A stretch of 64,000 nt of DNA, from NCBI GenBank assembly GCA_965649205.1, contig CBFGJV010000004.1, positions 42,134 to 106,133 on the forward strand, in the 5' to 3' direction. The notes below the pieces were generated by a model that made no database searches, was not told the DNA's origin, and saw only the letters and a list, made by a program, of their open reading frames with translations. Below are positions 62,020 through 64,000 of the stretch, piece after piece; the first letter of the stretch is position 1, and the number at the start of each line of letters is the position of its first letter. This DNA comes from a candidate division WOR-3 bacterium (lineage in GTDB: Bacteria > Hydrothermota > Tepidihabitantia > Tepidihabitantales > Tepidihabitantaceae). A program made the position numbers and the translations under genes.

Positions 62020-62121
62020 CTTCTAACCAGTTAGTACTTAACTCCTTTTTCCTGATAAAGCCGCTTAGCAAATTGCGTAACGTTTGGGCGCGTCAACCCG
62101 CAAACACAGGACAAAGTCTGT

Positions 62122-62157
62122 AAAAAAGGCAGGGGCGTTCTTAAGAACGCCCCTGCC
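62122..62157 (-). terminator. Intrinsic terminator
   Basis: Perfect GGCAGGGGCGTTC-ttaa-GAACGCCCCTGCC followed by T6 on the minus strand. Confidence 0.9.
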
Positions 62158-62175
62158 AGAGTATCCGCTAACGTG

Positions 62176-63870
62176 TTACTGTAACACCAGCTTCTGCACC
62201 AGTACCCGCGCGCCTGCCTTCAACTCCACTAGATATATGCCCGGACTTACTCCCTCAGCATGCCAGTTCACTTCATACCGACCAGCATCCTGATAGCCCC
62301 GCTCCAGCTTCGCCACATTCCGGCCCGCCAGGTCATACACATTCAACTGTACCCCCGCTCCCGCAGGTAACGCATACCTTATCTGCGTCCTGCCTACAGC
62401 CGGATTGGGTTGCACGCTCAGCTCTTCTACCCTGATACGATTCCGACCCTCCTCCATCCCCACCATCTGCACCGGTACCTTGTGCACTATGATGGGATTG
62501 TTTGTAACCGCACCCTCGCCCATCACAAAGAATCCGGCAATCTGGTCCTGCAGATAGGTAATGAATAAAGTGTCGCCTTCCATCTTGTCTATGATGCTGG
62601 GAAATCGCTTGGAAGTGGTGTTCGGATCAGTAATCCTCAAAGGCGTCGCCCAGGTCTTGCCATTGTCTGTCGAACGCGAATACCAGATGTCCGCTCGCAA
62701 CCGACTGGTGCGCGTCTCCCCGTTCGCCGGATCAAACTGCTCCCACGCTACATACAAGTTCCCGTTCTGATCCTCTCCCATCGTCGGCCGACACGCCAGT
62801 ATGGCATTGTACCCCACAGGCTGCGTCAAATTGCCGGTCGCCCGCTGTATCCTCGACCAGTTCGGACTGTTGTCCGGAGACCAGTGCCAGATGTCAGCCG
62901 GTATCACATACCCGTTCGAGCCCACATACGGCATCACCGCACCCACTATATGCAGTCGGTCATATCTGTCATAATACGGGAATAGACCGGTAATGTGGAA
63001 AGACGGCGTCGTGTCCCGTCCGTAGGCTGCCGGTGCCGCCAAAGCCTGCGCTCCACCCCACGTGGCACCACCGTCAGTAGAAATATAGTATGAGCCGCCA
63101 GTTGGCCCTGTAGAAGGTACTGAGGTCAAACATACCTTCTTGCTGATTCTTGATGCAGCAATGTTGTAGGTGGGGAAAGAATAGCTGCCCCGAGACTGCG
63201 GACTTAAGATATTGCACCAAGCTGTGCTACGTGTAGTAAGCAGAGTAGTCATCGGGTTCGCATCCGCTACAGCCATCTGTACCCAGCCATCGCCGTCCAT
63301 ATCAAAAGCAGGCCACAGGCACACAGGACCGGCACAGTACTCAAATATGCCGCCGCCCGGCGCCATATCCCGGGCCAAACCTACATTCAGGGTGGTGCCA
63401 CCATAATGCCGGCTGACTACTGCCACTCCTGTTGCCGGGTCTGTACCCAAACTGCCATATCCGCTTCTGTCCGTAAATACGTTCACGCCTGAAGTCATGA
63501 AGTCAGGATCAATCCAGGTCCATGACCTCATGGCGTAATCATAGAAGTTGTACCGCATATTACGGTCTGGGAAGGTGGTGGAACTGGAAGCAGAGTACAT
63601 CCACACCACATGCACGCCATAACCAGAAGCATTGGTTATCATCCGCAGAGAGGGTCCGTTAGCGAACCAGTCATAAGTGGTGCCGCCAACCGTATCCATC
63701 TTGCCGATGATAAACTGGGGTTGCGCTGGTTCTGATGGCGTGTTTTCTACCCTCACCACCTCTTCGCTGTAAGGAACCGCTTTCTCGTCTGGCATTATGT
63801 TGATGGCGTCGAGGACGCCAGCTGCAGCCAGCGCTGCTGTTGCGAACAGGACAACCAAAGTCTTCTGCAT
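62176..63870 (-). CDS. Secreted BNR/Asp-box protein with T9SS/FlgD-type C-terminal domain
   Basis: Signal peptide, AGGAGG RBS, STDGGATW and STDNGKTW Asp-boxes, PNP..YDLAGR.V..GIYLV..KLVL. Confidence 0.85.
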   Translation of the reverse strand: MQKTLVVLFATAALAAAGVLDAINIMPDEKAVPYSEEVVRVENTPSEPAQPQFIIGKMDTVGGTTYDWFANGPSLRMITNASGYGVHVVWMYSASSSTTFPDRNMRYNFYDYAMRSWTWIDPDFMTSGVNVFTDRSGYGSLGTDPATGVAVVSRHYGGTTLNVGLARDMAPGGGIFEYCAGPVCLWPAFDMDGDGWVQMAVADANPMTTLLTTRSTAWCNILSPQSRGSYSFPTYNIAASRISKKVCLTSVPSTGPTGGSYYISTDGGATWGGAQALAAPAAYGRDTTPSFHITGLFPYYDRYDRLHIVGAVMPYVGSNGYVIPADIWHWSPDNSPNWSRIQRATGNLTQPVGYNAILACRPTMGEDQNGNLYVAWEQFDPANGETRTSRLRADIWYSRSTDNGKTWATPLRITDPNTTSKRFPSIIDKMEGDTLFITYLQDQIAGFFVMGEGAVTNNPIIVHKVPVQMVGMEEGRNRIRVEELSVQPNPAVGRTQIRYALPAGAGVQLNVYDLAGRNVAKLERGYQDAGRYEVNWHAEGVSPGIYLVELKAGARVLVQKLVLQ

Positions 63871-64000
63871 GCTACCTCCTTTGGGGTTTGTTACTGCCTT
63901 TTACCTTGTACCGCCGGGTCCATCCCGGCACTCCGCCAGATTGCCCTATTGCCCTAAACATAAGTTCAAGCTTGACCCCGCATGACAATATAGATGCCCT

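Noticed and set aside
1..64000. CRISPR array, rRNA, IS elements, reverse transcriptase or DGR
   Set aside because: No regularly spaced direct repeats, rRNA-like segments, transposase or RT motifs were seen by eye.

Overview
Bacterial chromosomal window in the standard genetic code. The many secreted proteins ending in FlgD/T9SS-type C-terminal domains, together with Kelch and CARDB modules, suggest a diderm FCB-related organism such as candidate phylum WOR-3 (inference only). Left part (1-19 kb): stress, repair and nitrogen genes (msrB, PlsY-like acyltransferase plus GT2, DUF523/DUF1722, pyrimidine-dimer glycosylase, prsW, UvrD-type helicase, asparaginase, asnA, glnA, msrA, and a PLP-decarboxylase operon). 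Middle (19-41 kb): envelope and secreted proteins, a TonB-dependent receptor, and a ~12.3-kb giant surface-protein gene broken by 3 in-frame stops and 5 frameshifts, followed by tRNA-Asp. Right (44-61 kb): a lipid-linked sugar glycosylation cluster with five GT-C-type membrane proteins. Best finding: the ORF-track entries 22450-22719 and 22981-23436 are one reading frame joined across an in-frame TGA. That TGA sits in a Cys-TGA-Gly motif and is followed by a hairpin whose GGUC loop lies at the same offset as in the E. coli fdhF SECIS, so this is a candidate secreted selenoprotein. Other findings: a ~115-aa domain I do not recognise, shared by three GT-C proteins; two candidate structured RNAs; and a recurrent 16-bp-spacer, often leaderless, promoter architecture. 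All family assignments come from motif recognition, not database searches.
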